59,282 bases of DNA from Gammaproteobacteria bacterium (GTDB lineage: Bacteria > Gemmatimonadota > Gemmatimonadetes > Longimicrobiales > Gaopeijiaceae), in assembly GCA_009843625.1 (NCBI GenBank), contig VYDD01000156.1, positions 2,566-61,847 of the forward strand. The letters are read 5' to 3'. Below are positions 49,131-57,795 of the stretch, one piece after another. Under the pieces are notes generated by a model. The model was not told the origin of the DNA. It ran no database searches and saw nothing but the letters and a program-made list of their open reading frames with translations. Positions within the stretch are counted from its first letter, which is position 1. Every line of letters begins with the position of its first letter. Both the position numbers and the translations under genes were made by a program.

Positions 49131-51003
49131 TGGAGTACGTCTTCATACGGATGAACCCCTTATCCGTAGTGCGCCGGAGGCTGTCGATAAAGTCTTCGAA
49201 GTCGTAGTACTTCGCTATTTCTCGGAGTTCCTCCTGATTATTCAGATGCGAAACGAACCAGTTCTGTGTGTTCTTTAGCACGTTTGCCGATATCGAGCTA
49301 ACTTCCTGCGTCGCATAGGCTAAGCCGAGTCCTAGCTTTGCCCCTTCCTTTGCTATACGATTATAGACAAGAGTAAGGTCGGAGTCCGTTCGCTTAGGAA
49401 ATAGGTTGTGTGCTTCCTCGAAGTACATCTGAATGTAGTTACCGGGATTGTTGTTCACAAAACGGTCCATGGCTTCTTGAAAAATTGCCGAACAGAGGCG
49501 GTCGGAGTAAGTACGTTGAATGACCGGATTACCTTGGGACAGGTCGATAATGACAATCTTCCCGTTGCGAAGTAGGGAGACGACTTCTTCCTCGTAGGAC
49601 GCCTGCAGCGTGTCCGTGTGAAGGTCGCGGAGGGGGATGAGCTTTCGGAAGCCGGCCTCGCTGGGGGCGCCGCCCGGTCTGGATTTCCTGGTCAAGAACC
49701 GCATCAGGTTCTTGAGGTCATCGTCTGCCCACTCGTGATTGTTTCGTTGACGATACTCGGCGAATGCGGGCGCATCGTTGTAGTTGTCCCACACCCACAG
49801 GAACCAGCGCCCAGCCTCGCGCGGTGTGAGGCCGGCGCGTGGATCGAGTCCTGTGGCCTGGTCTGCTGCGGCAGTCCCGACAAAGGCAACTCTATGAGCT
49901 GCCGGAACGGGGAATCCTGCGGCCTCAAGAATGGCTTGGTAGCAGGCGAGGCGGCGCCCATGTCGCGTCATGGCGCTGTAGTCGGCGGAGTCGGGTTCCT
50001 CCCAGTCCACGTTGAGGAAGGCCTGCGTATAGATCGCGGTGTCGTCCTGAAGTCCAGCGCGAATCATCTCCTGGCCTTGGCGGACTTGCCGATAGAAGTT
50101 TAGCTTCATGACCTTGAAACCAGGCTTTTGTAGAATGCTGTAGCGTGTAACGTCGTCTTCGTAGAGTTGGTAGATCGCTGTTCCCTCGTCCTGTAGGTTC
50201 GAGTTGGCGTATTCGCCGTTTACGTCGAAGACGATCTGGCCGACAGGTGAGACTGTCGCACTTTGTGCACCCTGCACTGATGCGGCAAGTTCTGTGGTTG
50301 CCCGAATTATCATCTTGACGGTGTTCGACTTGCCTGTGCGCGTCATCCCAAAGAGAGCGGTGCGCTTTCCGAGATAGTCCAGAGCTGACACGTAGAGCGG
50401 CACAGAGTCGTTCTGCACATGGCGCCGGCTCGATGCGTAGCGTACCTGGCCGATGCGCTGATCCCCGGGTCCACCGGGAAGCTCATCGCCTTGACGGAAG
50501 TTGACGATGTACTCGAGCACACTTCCTGATGGCTTGTAGACGGAGTAATTGTTTGGGCCGTAGAAGTTGTCGACATCCGCACCGAATCGCGTGTTGCCCG
50601 TTGCATCCCGGTAAAACGATCCCAGGACCCGGCACTCCAAACCAGAGAACTGAAATTCGTAGCGTGTATAGCTATCGAGATGTCCTGCGTCCGTGTTCGC
50701 AGTCTGACTTTCCTTGTAGTAATCCACCATGGCAGCCACTACATCTGAGTCAGTCGGCAGGGCCGTCGGCCCGAGGACACGAAGCAGCACAACCTCGGGG
50801 TTGTCGTCGTCCCTATCGAAGAGCGCCGCAAGGAAAGCGCCGGCGGGCACCCCCCCTACTCGCTCTTTCCAGTGGTCGTTCGAGAGTAGCTTCATCTTGT
50901 TGAAGTCGAAATAGAAGGGACGACCGATGAACGCATCTTCCCTCGCGACGTCCCGGAAGACGTCTATGGTCGCCAGTTCCCTAAGTCTCTCAGTGATCGA
51001 CAT
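49078..51003 (-). CDS. herA: HerA/FtsK-superfamily ATPase (DUF87-like)
   Basis: Walker A LFGMTRTGKSNT, Walker B-like MYFEEAHNLFP and LAYATQEVSSIS. ATG 51003 forms an ATGA overlap with the MTase stop. Confidence 0.85.
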   Translation of the reverse strand: MSITERLRELATIDVFRDVAREDAFIGRPFYFDFNKMKLLSNDHWKERVGGVPAGAFLAALFDRDDDNPEVVLLRVLGPTALPTDSDVVAAMVDYYKESQTANTDAGHLDSYTRYEFQFSGLECRVLGSFYRDATGNTRFGADVDNFYGPNNYSVYKPSGSVLEYIVNFRQGDELPGGPGDQRIGQVRYASSRRHVQNDSVPLYVSALDYLGKRTALFGMTRTGKSNTVKMIIRATTELAASVQGAQSATVSPVGQIVFDVNGEYANSNLQDEGTAIYQLYEDDVTRYSILQKPGFKVMKLNFYRQVRQGQEMIRAGLQDDTAIYTQAFLNVDWEEPDSADYSAMTRHGRRLACYQAILEAAGFPVPAAHRVAFVGTAAADQATGLDPRAGLTPREAGRWFLWVWDNYNDAPAFAEYRQRNNHEWADDDLKNLMRFLTRKSRPGGAPSEAGFRKLIPLRDLHTDTLQASYEEEVVSLLRNGKIVIIDLSQGNPVIQRTYSDRLCSAIFQEAMDRFVNNNPGNYIQMYFEEAHNLFPKRTDSDLTLVYNRIAKEGAKLGLGLAYATQEVSSISANVLKNTQNWFVSHLNNQEELREIAKYYDFEDFIDSLRRTTDKGFIRMKTYSNAFTVPVQIDRFTVAGG

Positions 51004-52265
51004 CACGACACTCCAGTGGCCCAATCGGAGGCGGGCTTCCAACGTATCGGCTCGAGAGGTGGGAGCTCTGCGGACCCCTTACTGGTGGGGGATAGGATGA
51101 GGATCCGGTCAGTCTTTGTCGCCTGCCCGCGCCCCTGCTTCCAGATTCGGCTGACCTTGTGTTGGGTAGGAAGGCGGTCGGTAACGATACCGTGAAGGCG
51201 CCAACCCAGTGGTCGCGCGGTCTCTTCCCAGACTCGCGCGGCGAGGTTCGTAGTCCGTGCGGTGCTTCGCTCGTGTACGTCTCCGATCATCAGGCACAGA
51301 TACCCATCCTCGCGCACTGCTGATGCTAGTCGGTCCAGGACAATGCCGACGAACTCAAGGTACTTCGGTAGGGAAGCAGTCGCGACGAGCCCGCGGTCAA
51401 CGCTCTTCGGTTCTCGCTTGAGCATCCACAGCCGTACCCAGTTGTACTTTCCGTACTTGATGACACTGAGGTATGGGGGCGATGTGAACACTAGCTTGGC
51501 GGGCCGGTCGTGAACCTGCGCGGCTATAGGATCGCGCGCATCCTGCTGCCAAGCACTTCCTCTCGTAGCTTCTTGCCTCGGTAACTGCATTCTCTCCAGC
51601 TTTCGTTGGAGAAGATCGAAGACATCCACATCGGGGCGTTCCAGGCGGTGCTTCTTGATGTAGGCGCCGACATAGCCAGGAGACATAGAGAATGTGTTGG
51701 GCATGCTGACCGACAGGCCTCGTGCTGGCCTTCCGGGCCTGTAGTTGGCGTGCATGATGCCCAAGAGGACCGCCATGAGCAGTCGGTCATCTCGGCGACT
51801 GAGCGTAAGTGCGTCTCTCAACCAGATGAGCTGGCCGAGCACTTGCTGCGAGTAGAGCATTTGGATCTCAGCGGGGGCGGTACTGCCATCTCCGGGGACG
51901 CACTTCTGACGCAAGAATCCTAGGCGGTCACGCGCTTCGTCAGCAGTTGGAGGGTTCACCTTGCCTGCGGTGAGGAGGTACGCGAGGGGATTCGCATCTG
52001 AGCCCATTCCGACGCGGCCCATGCGACACGCCTCCATTGGAGTAGTGCCGCGGCCCGCAAAGGGATCGTAGACGACGTCTCCAGGCTCGGTCAGCCATCG
52101 AACGAAGACGTGCGGCACCTGCGGCGGGAACATCGCGAAGTAGGAGCACACCGAGTGCAACGGGTGTCCCCACCGTCGCGGAGCGCGACGCCAACGTTGA
52201 GGCAGTCCGCTAACGTGTGGGGGTTTCGTCACTGGGATTCCCATCGCACTCCTTTGTGTGGTCAC
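51003..52265 (-). CDS. Amino (N4-C or N6-A) DNA methyltransferase
   Basis: Motif I VYDPFAGRGTTPMEA precedes motif IV LVFTSPPY, the same architecture as 36210..37589. GTG 52265 overlaps the exonuclease stop (GTGA); an alternative ATG lies at 52244. Confidence 0.85.
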   Translation of the reverse strand: MTTQRSAMGIPVTKPPHVSGLPQRWRRAPRRWGHPLHSVCSYFAMFPPQVPHVFVRWLTEPGDVVYDPFAGRGTTPMEACRMGRVGMGSDANPLAYLLTAGKVNPPTADEARDRLGFLRQKCVPGDGSTAPAEIQMLYSQQVLGQLIWLRDALTLSRRDDRLLMAVLLGIMHANYRPGRPARGLSVSMPNTFSMSPGYVGAYIKKHRLERPDVDVFDLLQRKLERMQLPRQEATRGSAWQQDARDPIAAQVHDRPAKLVFTSPPYLSVIKYGKYNWVRLWMLKREPKSVDRGLVATASLPKYLEFVGIVLDRLASAVREDGYLCLMIGDVHERSTARTTNLAARVWEETARPLGWRLHGIVTDRLPTQHKVSRIWKQGRGQATKTDRILILSPTSKGSAELPPLEPIRWKPASDWATGVS

Positions 52266-53434
52266 CGGACTGCCTCACCAATCTCCGCCAGAAAGTCAGG
52301 CACCGCCATCACCGGAATCCCGTGACGCCGTGCCGTGTGTGCCTTCGCTGACTGGCTGGAGGTGTCCGCCGCGACCAGCAAGTCGCAGCCCCGCTTTGTG
52401 ACGCGGCTGACGGGCTGCAGATTGGCGAACGCTGCATGGGCCTCCAGCCAAGCCCGCGAGGCCTCCGGCGCGTCCCCCGTGAAACAGACACGCATGCCCG
52501 GACGCAACTGGCTCCCGGTCGGCAAGTCCGTGACGTCAGGGATGACCACGTCGGTGACTTCGAGTGCGGCCGCGGTCTGGCGTATGAGTCGCTGTTCGGC
52601 TTCCGTGACGATTCCGTCGCGCTCGGCGGCGGCAATGATCGATGCGAGATACGAGCGGTGAGCATCCTCGCGCGCCCTATCGGAGATGCCCAGCGCTCTC
52701 GCCAGCTCCCGGATCGCCGCATGTTCCTGATCGTCGATGTAGTGGTCATCCAGCACCCAGTCCAGTGCATCGAGGTATTGGAGCAACGCCTCGTCCGAGT
52801 ATGGGTAGTGCGCAAGCGAGATGATGCGTGCCATCTCGCTTGTTCCGGCATCCGCACCCTCTCGCCGGAGGGTCCTCGGAGCCGGGCTTTGCGAGAGGTA
52901 GCCAACCGTCGCTGCCGTTGTGTCTCGTCGCTCACCCGTCAGTGCGGTCGCTCGCACGAGCGCAGCGGTGGCGCGGGCATCAGCAAGCGCCCGATGCGCT
53001 GTGTCAAGCGCGATTCCGTACCTGCGGCACGCGGCACCGAGCTTCTCCTGCGTCGCCCTCAGCGTGCACAGTCCGAAACCAGCGTCAAACTCGACTTGAA
53101 GCCGGGCGAACTCGTACCCTAGCATTCGCGTGTCGAAGCTGATGTTGTGCGCGATCAAGACCGCACCGTGCAGTCGACGGGCGAGCGGAGCCCCGATTTC
53201 GGCGAATGTCGGGGCTGCTTGCACCATCGACGCTGTGATCCCGTGTAGCGCAACTGGACCGACATCCCGCTCGGGATTGATGAGCGTGTCGTATTCGTCC
53301 AGTGTTTCCCAGGTGTTCGGATCGAGCGTGATGACGGCTATCTCAACGATTCGGTCATGCCGCCCCAAACCCGTCGTCTCGCAGTCGACGACGGCGAATT
53401 GCGGTGCTGGCCTCCGCGACCGCCTTTCGAGCAT
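52262..53434 (-). CDS. DEDD (DnaQ-like) 3'-5' exonuclease with C-terminal BRCT-like domain
   Basis: ExoI AVVDCETTGL, ExoII LIAHNISFDTRML and ExoIII HRALADARATA. The C-terminus reads MRVCFTGD...CDLLVAADTSSQSAKAHTARRHGIPVMAVPDFL (BRCT pattern). Confidence 0.85.
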   Translation of the reverse strand: MLERRSRRPAPQFAVVDCETTGLGRHDRIVEIAVITLDPNTWETLDEYDTLINPERDVGPVALHGITASMVQAAPTFAEIGAPLARRLHGAVLIAHNISFDTRMLGYEFARLQVEFDAGFGLCTLRATQEKLGAACRRYGIALDTAHRALADARATAALVRATALTGERRDTTAATVGYLSQSPAPRTLRREGADAGTSEMARIISLAHYPYSDEALLQYLDALDWVLDDHYIDDQEHAAIRELARALGISDRAREDAHRSYLASIIAAAERDGIVTEAEQRLIRQTAAALEVTDVVIPDVTDLPTGSQLRPGMRVCFTGDAPEASRAWLEAHAAFANLQPVSRVTKRGCDLLVAADTSSQSAKAHTARRHGIPVMAVPDFLAEIGEAVR

Positions 53435-53972
53435 CTTGCTACCCTCATCCGCCTAGCCTCGGGCTTCGGGATGATACCCGGGCGTCCTACGCTTGCCCCA
53501 CTGGCGGAACCCGCGAGTTGTTCGGTTTTCCTTGGACTCGTAGCCATGACACCACTTGGTTGAACCGTTGCCCCCATCGGAAGCGAAGGTCGCCCGCGAG
53601 CGCGTCGCTCAAGACGCTAGAGTCTGAGAGGGAGTCGGGCTCCGCGCGCGACTGCGTCACGTTCCGCTCGAGCCAGCGCCGCAACCCGCGTCCTGAGAGT
53701 CCGGGCTGGCGCTCTGACGGCCAGTGCGAGGTTCTCTGCCATTCGCGACCATCAGTGTCTCGAACTGAGGGTCGCGCGAGCGCCACTGTGGTGACATCGA
53801 CCTCGATTCGACGACTACCTCCCTGACCCCTGCACACCTACCGGGACCGCCGCGACTTCGACGTATCGCCGGACGACAGCGGCACGGTGGGTAGCCGTCG
53901 CGGCTCTTGTCAGCCGAGTATGGTGACTGGTACCAGCGACGGCAGGTCAACCAGGTCCGACCGGAGGTGAAC

Positions 53973-54419
53973 ATGCGGTACGTCAGGTTCTTGGCAGCCT
54001 TCGTTGTGTACACGGTTATCGATGTCGGGTGGAACGTCTCGCCCGTTGCGCGGGGCATGTATGAGCGCCTCTACGATGCAAGTGGCAACGACGTGCTCCT
54101 CGACGAATTCGGGAGGGAGATGGGCACGTGGGGCGGAGCGGAGATGCTCGCACTGCTCGCATTCCTGGCGCTGATCGCGCTCGCCAACAGCTACCTGGCG
54201 ATCGAACCGGCGGTGCAGGAGAGAAACCTCACCAAGGCGATGAAGAACAGCTTCGTCTTGGGCTGCGCCGCATACGCCACCTACATCGTGCCGATCTTCC
54301 TGATGCTATCGACGTGGCCGGCCGTCTTGGTGCCCGTTGACATCCTCATCGGCGGTCTCCTGAGCCTGATAACGTCCACGATCGTCACCTACGTGACTCT
54401 TCGCCGAGCAGCCACCTAG
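53973..54419 (+). CDS. DUF2177-like small membrane protein
   Basis: GGAGGTG precedes ATG 53973. Four hydrophobic segments show a VIDVGWN...YATY...WP...VD pattern. Confidence 0.55.
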   Translation: MRYVRFLAAFVVYTVIDVGWNVSPVARGMYERLYDASGNDVLLDEFGREMGTWGGAEMLALLAFLALIALANSYLAIEPAVQERNLTKAMKNSFVLGCAAYATYIVPIFLMLSTWPAVLVPVDILIGGLLSLITSTIVTYVTLRRAAT

Positions 54420-54533
54420 TCCGTAGCGTGACCTGCTCCGACTTCGCAAACTCGCGGGTTACGGGCGCGATCGCGATCCTGACGCCGACCCGTACGCGCT
54501 GCAGATCCTGCAGCGCGTACTCACCGCCGGCGG

Positions 54534-54628
54534 CAGGTCCCGCAGCAACCCGATCCGCCGCTTGGCACTGAGCGGACGCCCTTCTCCAGCTTCCGTACCA
54601 CGACCCCCGGTTGCCCGAACCGAGGGTT
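54534..54628. repeat. Truncated duplicate of the 5' end and leader of the Cys-rich gene at 57024..57572, including hairpin copy f
   Basis: 54534-54600 aligns with 57505-57571, mostly identical. The minus strand encodes VVRKLEKGVRSVPSGGSGCCGTC then a stop. Hairpin gacccccggtt-gcccg-aaccgagggt lies at 54602-54628. Confidence 0.7.
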
Positions 54629-54820
54629 ACCGGGACGCACTCGTGCGCGGATCACCCACAGCATCTCGCCCGAGGTCTCCCCGGTGCTAATGCAACCCGG
54701 GACATCGCGCAGGCGCAGGCCGAGGTGCTGGCGCTGGTCACGGCCGATGTGCGCATCTCCCGGTACGGGATACGAACGCCGCCGGCCACGCGCCAGTGCC
54801 CGGCGGGGGATAATCCCGGC

Positions 54821-55933
54821 ATGTCGCCGACCCAGCACGTCGATGTCGCGATCGTGGGCGGGGGCGTGATCGGCATCGCGATCGCGTACTTCCTCGCCCA
54901 GCGCGGAGGAAAGCCGCTCGTGATCGAGGGGACGGAGGTCGCGCACGGGGCAAGCGGGAAGTCGGCGGGCCTGCTCTCGCCGGGTCTGCCCCACGACGCC
55001 GACGCGACGGGGGCGCTGCCTCCGCTCATCGCAAGGAGCTTGGAGCTGCACCGTGCGGTCGCGGACCTGCTGGACGGCCCATCGACCTACGACTACACGC
55101 GCTATACGACCTGCCTAGCGGCCCGGACCGAGGAGGAAGCGTCGCAACTGTACGAGCGGGCGGACGAGCTGAGCGCCGAGCCCATCCCCGCGGGGGAGGT
55201 GGCGGAGCGCTGCCCCTGGCTGGACCGGCCCGTCGCCGGCGGGCTCGCGCAGTCCACGGCGCAGGTGGACTCGGCGAAGTTCACGGCGCGGCTGCTGGAG
55301 AGCGCGCAGAGCATGGGCGCCTCGCTGCGCATGGGGCGAGCGGTGGGGCTGGTCGGCGGGACGGACTACGTGGAGGGCGTCGAACTCGACGACGGCATTG
55401 TGAGGGCCGAGGCGACCGTGCTGGCCATGGGGCCGTGGTCCGTACGGGCGGCGGCATGGCTCGACCTGCCGCTCCCGGTGCGACCGCTGAAGGGCCAGAT
55501 CGTACACCTTGAGCCGTCGGAGCCGGCGCCGCCGGGGGGCTTCTCCGACATGCACGGGCACTACGTCGTGACGCGCCCGACGGGCTTGGTCCACGCCGGG
55601 ACCACGGAGGAAGAGGAAGGCTTCGACGCGGAGCCCACGGAGGCCGCGCGCGACTACATCCTGGAGACGCTCGGACAGTACACATCCCGGCTGGGCGCGA
55701 TGCGGGTCGTAGACCAGACGGCCTGCCTGCGGCCCGTATCGGGCGACGGCCTCCCCCTCATCGGGCCGGCGCCGGGGCGGCGGGGGGCGTACCTGGCGAC
55801 GGGCCACGGGCGCAAGGGGATCGTCCTCTCGCTGGCGACCGCGGAGGCGCTGGTGGAGCTGCTGACGGAGGGTCGCAGCACCCGGGTCGACCTGGCGCCC
55901 TTCGACCCGGCCCGCTTCGGACGCGAGCCATAG
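54821..55933 (+). CDS. FAD-dependent oxidoreductase (DAO / glycine-sarcosine oxidase-like)
   Basis: N-terminal dinucleotide fold VDVAIVGGGVIGIAIAYFLAQRG and C-terminal GHGRKGI. ATG 54821 lies within track ORF 54611..55933. Confidence 0.85.
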   Translation: MSPTQHVDVAIVGGGVIGIAIAYFLAQRGGKPLVIEGTEVAHGASGKSAGLLSPGLPHDADATGALPPLIARSLELHRAVADLLDGPSTYDYTRYTTCLAARTEEEASQLYERADELSAEPIPAGEVAERCPWLDRPVAGGLAQSTAQVDSAKFTARLLESAQSMGASLRMGRAVGLVGGTDYVEGVELDDGIVRAEATVLAMGPWSVRAAAWLDLPLPVRPLKGQIVHLEPSEPAPPGGFSDMHGHYVVTRPTGLVHAGTTEEEEGFDAEPTEAARDYILETLGQYTSRLGAMRVVDQTACLRPVSGDGLPLIGPAPGRRGAYLATGHGRKGIVLSLATAEALVELLTEGRSTRVDLAPFDPARFGREP

Positions 55934-56027
55934 CCGGGAGCGGGGAGCTGAGCTGGGCGAGCGTGCTCGTCTGGCGCCGGCGGAACGGTACGACCTCGAC
56001 GGAGCGCCCATCTGAGGCCCACGCCCT

Positions 56028-56846
56028 CTACGAGACTTCGATCTCCAGGCGGCAGTGATCGCTGGGGCCCCACTCGGCCGGCTCGTTGAGCGCCCGAGCG
56101 CGCACGGAGCCTGCGAGCTCTCTCGAGGCGAAGACGAAGTCCAGCTGGCGGGTCGCCGTCTCCGGCGTCTGGCGGTTCGTGTGAAATGTCGGGACGTTTC
56201 TGCTCTCCCTCGGGAGTTCGCGCGGCCATGGGTCGGCCTGGCGACCGTGCGGAGCCTGCGGGCCAACGAAGGGGAGTCCCAGCGCCTCCATCCTGTCGAA
56301 CACTGTTCCGTAGCGCGAGGCCCAGTACGGGCTGCCGTGCTCTCCATGGCCGTGGAGGATATTGAGGTCACCGGCGGCCAGGATGCGGTGACCGGACTGG
56401 CGGCCGATGAGCGCGGAGAGGTCGGATACGACCCGGTGGGCCGATGCGTCCGAGACGATCCACCTGCTGCCGGTCATGGCGTGCGGCCTCCTCCACGGCG
56501 CGTACATGGAGACGACGAGGAAGGGCTCGATGCCGGGGGCGGAGACGCGCGCGGCGGTGAGGGTGCCGGCGTGGCTGACGGCCAGCCCATCTCCGGCCGC
56601 ATCGAGCGACTTCGCCTCGATCCACTCCACGCTGACCCGCTGGGAGAGCTTCGCGATTGCCGTCCGCCAGTGTTGCGATGCGCGCGCGTATGGCTTCGGC
56701 CAGGGCGCCGGGTCTAGCTCGATGCGACTCGCGACATCCCGCGGCGGCTGGCTCGCCTCCTGGAGCAACGCGACTTCGACATCCATCTCGCCGAGGACGC
56801 GCCACGGCTCCTGCCGGCGTGCGACGTTCCAGGAGAGGATCTTCAT
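56028..56846 (-). CDS. Endonuclease/exonuclease/phosphatase (EEP) family protein
   Basis: MKILSWNV start, LLQE, GDLN and the C-terminal PSDHCRL motif of the EEP fold. Confidence 0.8.
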   Translation of the reverse strand: MKILSWNVARRQEPWRVLGEMDVEVALLQEASQPPRDVASRIELDPAPWPKPYARASQHWRTAIAKLSQRVSVEWIEAKSLDAAGDGLAVSHAGTLTAARVSAPGIEPFLVVSMYAPWRRPHAMTGSRWIVSDASAHRVVSDLSALIGRQSGHRILAAGDLNILHGHGEHGSPYWASRYGTVFDRMEALGLPFVGPQAPHGRQADPWPRELPRESRNVPTFHTNRQTPETATRQLDFVFASRELAGSVRARALNEPAEWGPSDHCRLEIEVS

Positions 56847-57023
56847 GGTCGCCAGGCGGATGCTCCCTTCATGCGGTAGCGGAGTCCCGTCCCGGCTAGG
56901 ACCGGACCTCTCGCCGCGCGACGCGGGCATCTCGTACTACCGTCCCCGGCCGCGCCGCTGTCACCAGCATGCCTTGTGCGCCTGCAGGGCCGTCACGCCC
57001 GGCAGTCGGCCCGATCTGACGCC

Positions 57024-57572
57024 TCACCCGCGGATCTGATCCACGGCCCTGCGTAGCTCCGAGGCATCCTCGCCGGACGCGGCCATCTCCTCGCTCACAC
57101 GTTCGAGGATCGGAATGGCGCGTTGCTCGCCGAACTCGATCAGCTGGTCGAGCACGACCCAGACGACCGGTTTCGTGAAGAAGAGGTAGAACTCGTCGCT
57201 CCCCGTGGCCGGATCTTCCAGCAGCGACAGCAAGTGACTGCGAATGGTCTCCGTGTCGGGGGACGGCTGCCACCGCTCGCGCCACTCACGCATCTCATGC
57301 CGGCCGGGCTCACGCTCGACCAGTTCTCCCTTGTGGACGGTCACGGGACCGATCGGTATGGGATCGCGCTGGGGGCGATGATGGGGATGGTTGGCGCAGT
57401 AGGTGTACATGGGGTTCGGGATATCGAGTTGGCGGATCTCGCAGTAGCTCGGGATCTCGTGATTCGGCCTGCCCGCCTCGCCGCCGTTCGCACGGTTGAA
57501 CCAGCAGGTCCCGCAGCAATCCGATCCGCCGTTTGGCACTGAGCCGACGCCCTTCTGCAGCCTTCGCACCAT
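57024..57572 (-). CDS. Cys/His-rich hypothetical protein
   Basis: MVRRLQKGVGSVPNGGSDCCGTCWFN...YCEIR...YCANHPHH. ATG 57572 lies within track ORF 57024..57722. Family not recognised. Confidence 0.6.
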   Translation of the reverse strand: MVRRLQKGVGSVPNGGSDCCGTCWFNRANGGEAGRPNHEIPSYCEIRQLDIPNPMYTYCANHPHHRPQRDPIPIGPVTVHKGELVEREPGRHEMREWRERWQPSPDTETIRSHLLSLLEDPATGSDEFYLFFTKPVVWVVLDQLIEFGEQRAIPILERVSEEMAASGEDASELRRAVDQIRG

Positions 57573-57611
57573 CCTACGAGGCCAGACAAGTGTCCGAACC
57601 GCTGCCCGGCA

Positions 57612-57640
57612 CGACCCCCAGTTGCCCGAACTGGGGCTCG
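57612..57640. repeat. GACCCCCAGT-type hairpin repeat, copy g
   Basis: cgacccccagtt-gcccg-aactggggctcg, located in the leader of the Cys-rich gene. Confidence 0.75.
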
Positions 57641-57795
57641 TGCGTGCTGGCACACAAGATCGGGCACCGCGGGAGGGCCGTGCCGCCGCGGTTTCAACGC
57701 AACGTCGTCCGGACCTCCGCACCCGAGGCGTCCAAATGGTCTAGAGTTGACCTCTCCCGTTGGCCCGTGCGAACGCGAGCCCTTGAGGAGCCCCG

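Noticed and set aside
11974-57640. Whether the repeated hairpins could be a CRISPR array.
   Set aside because: The copies are separated by about 1-15 kb of coding DNA and are not identical, there are no regular spacers, and there are no cas genes.
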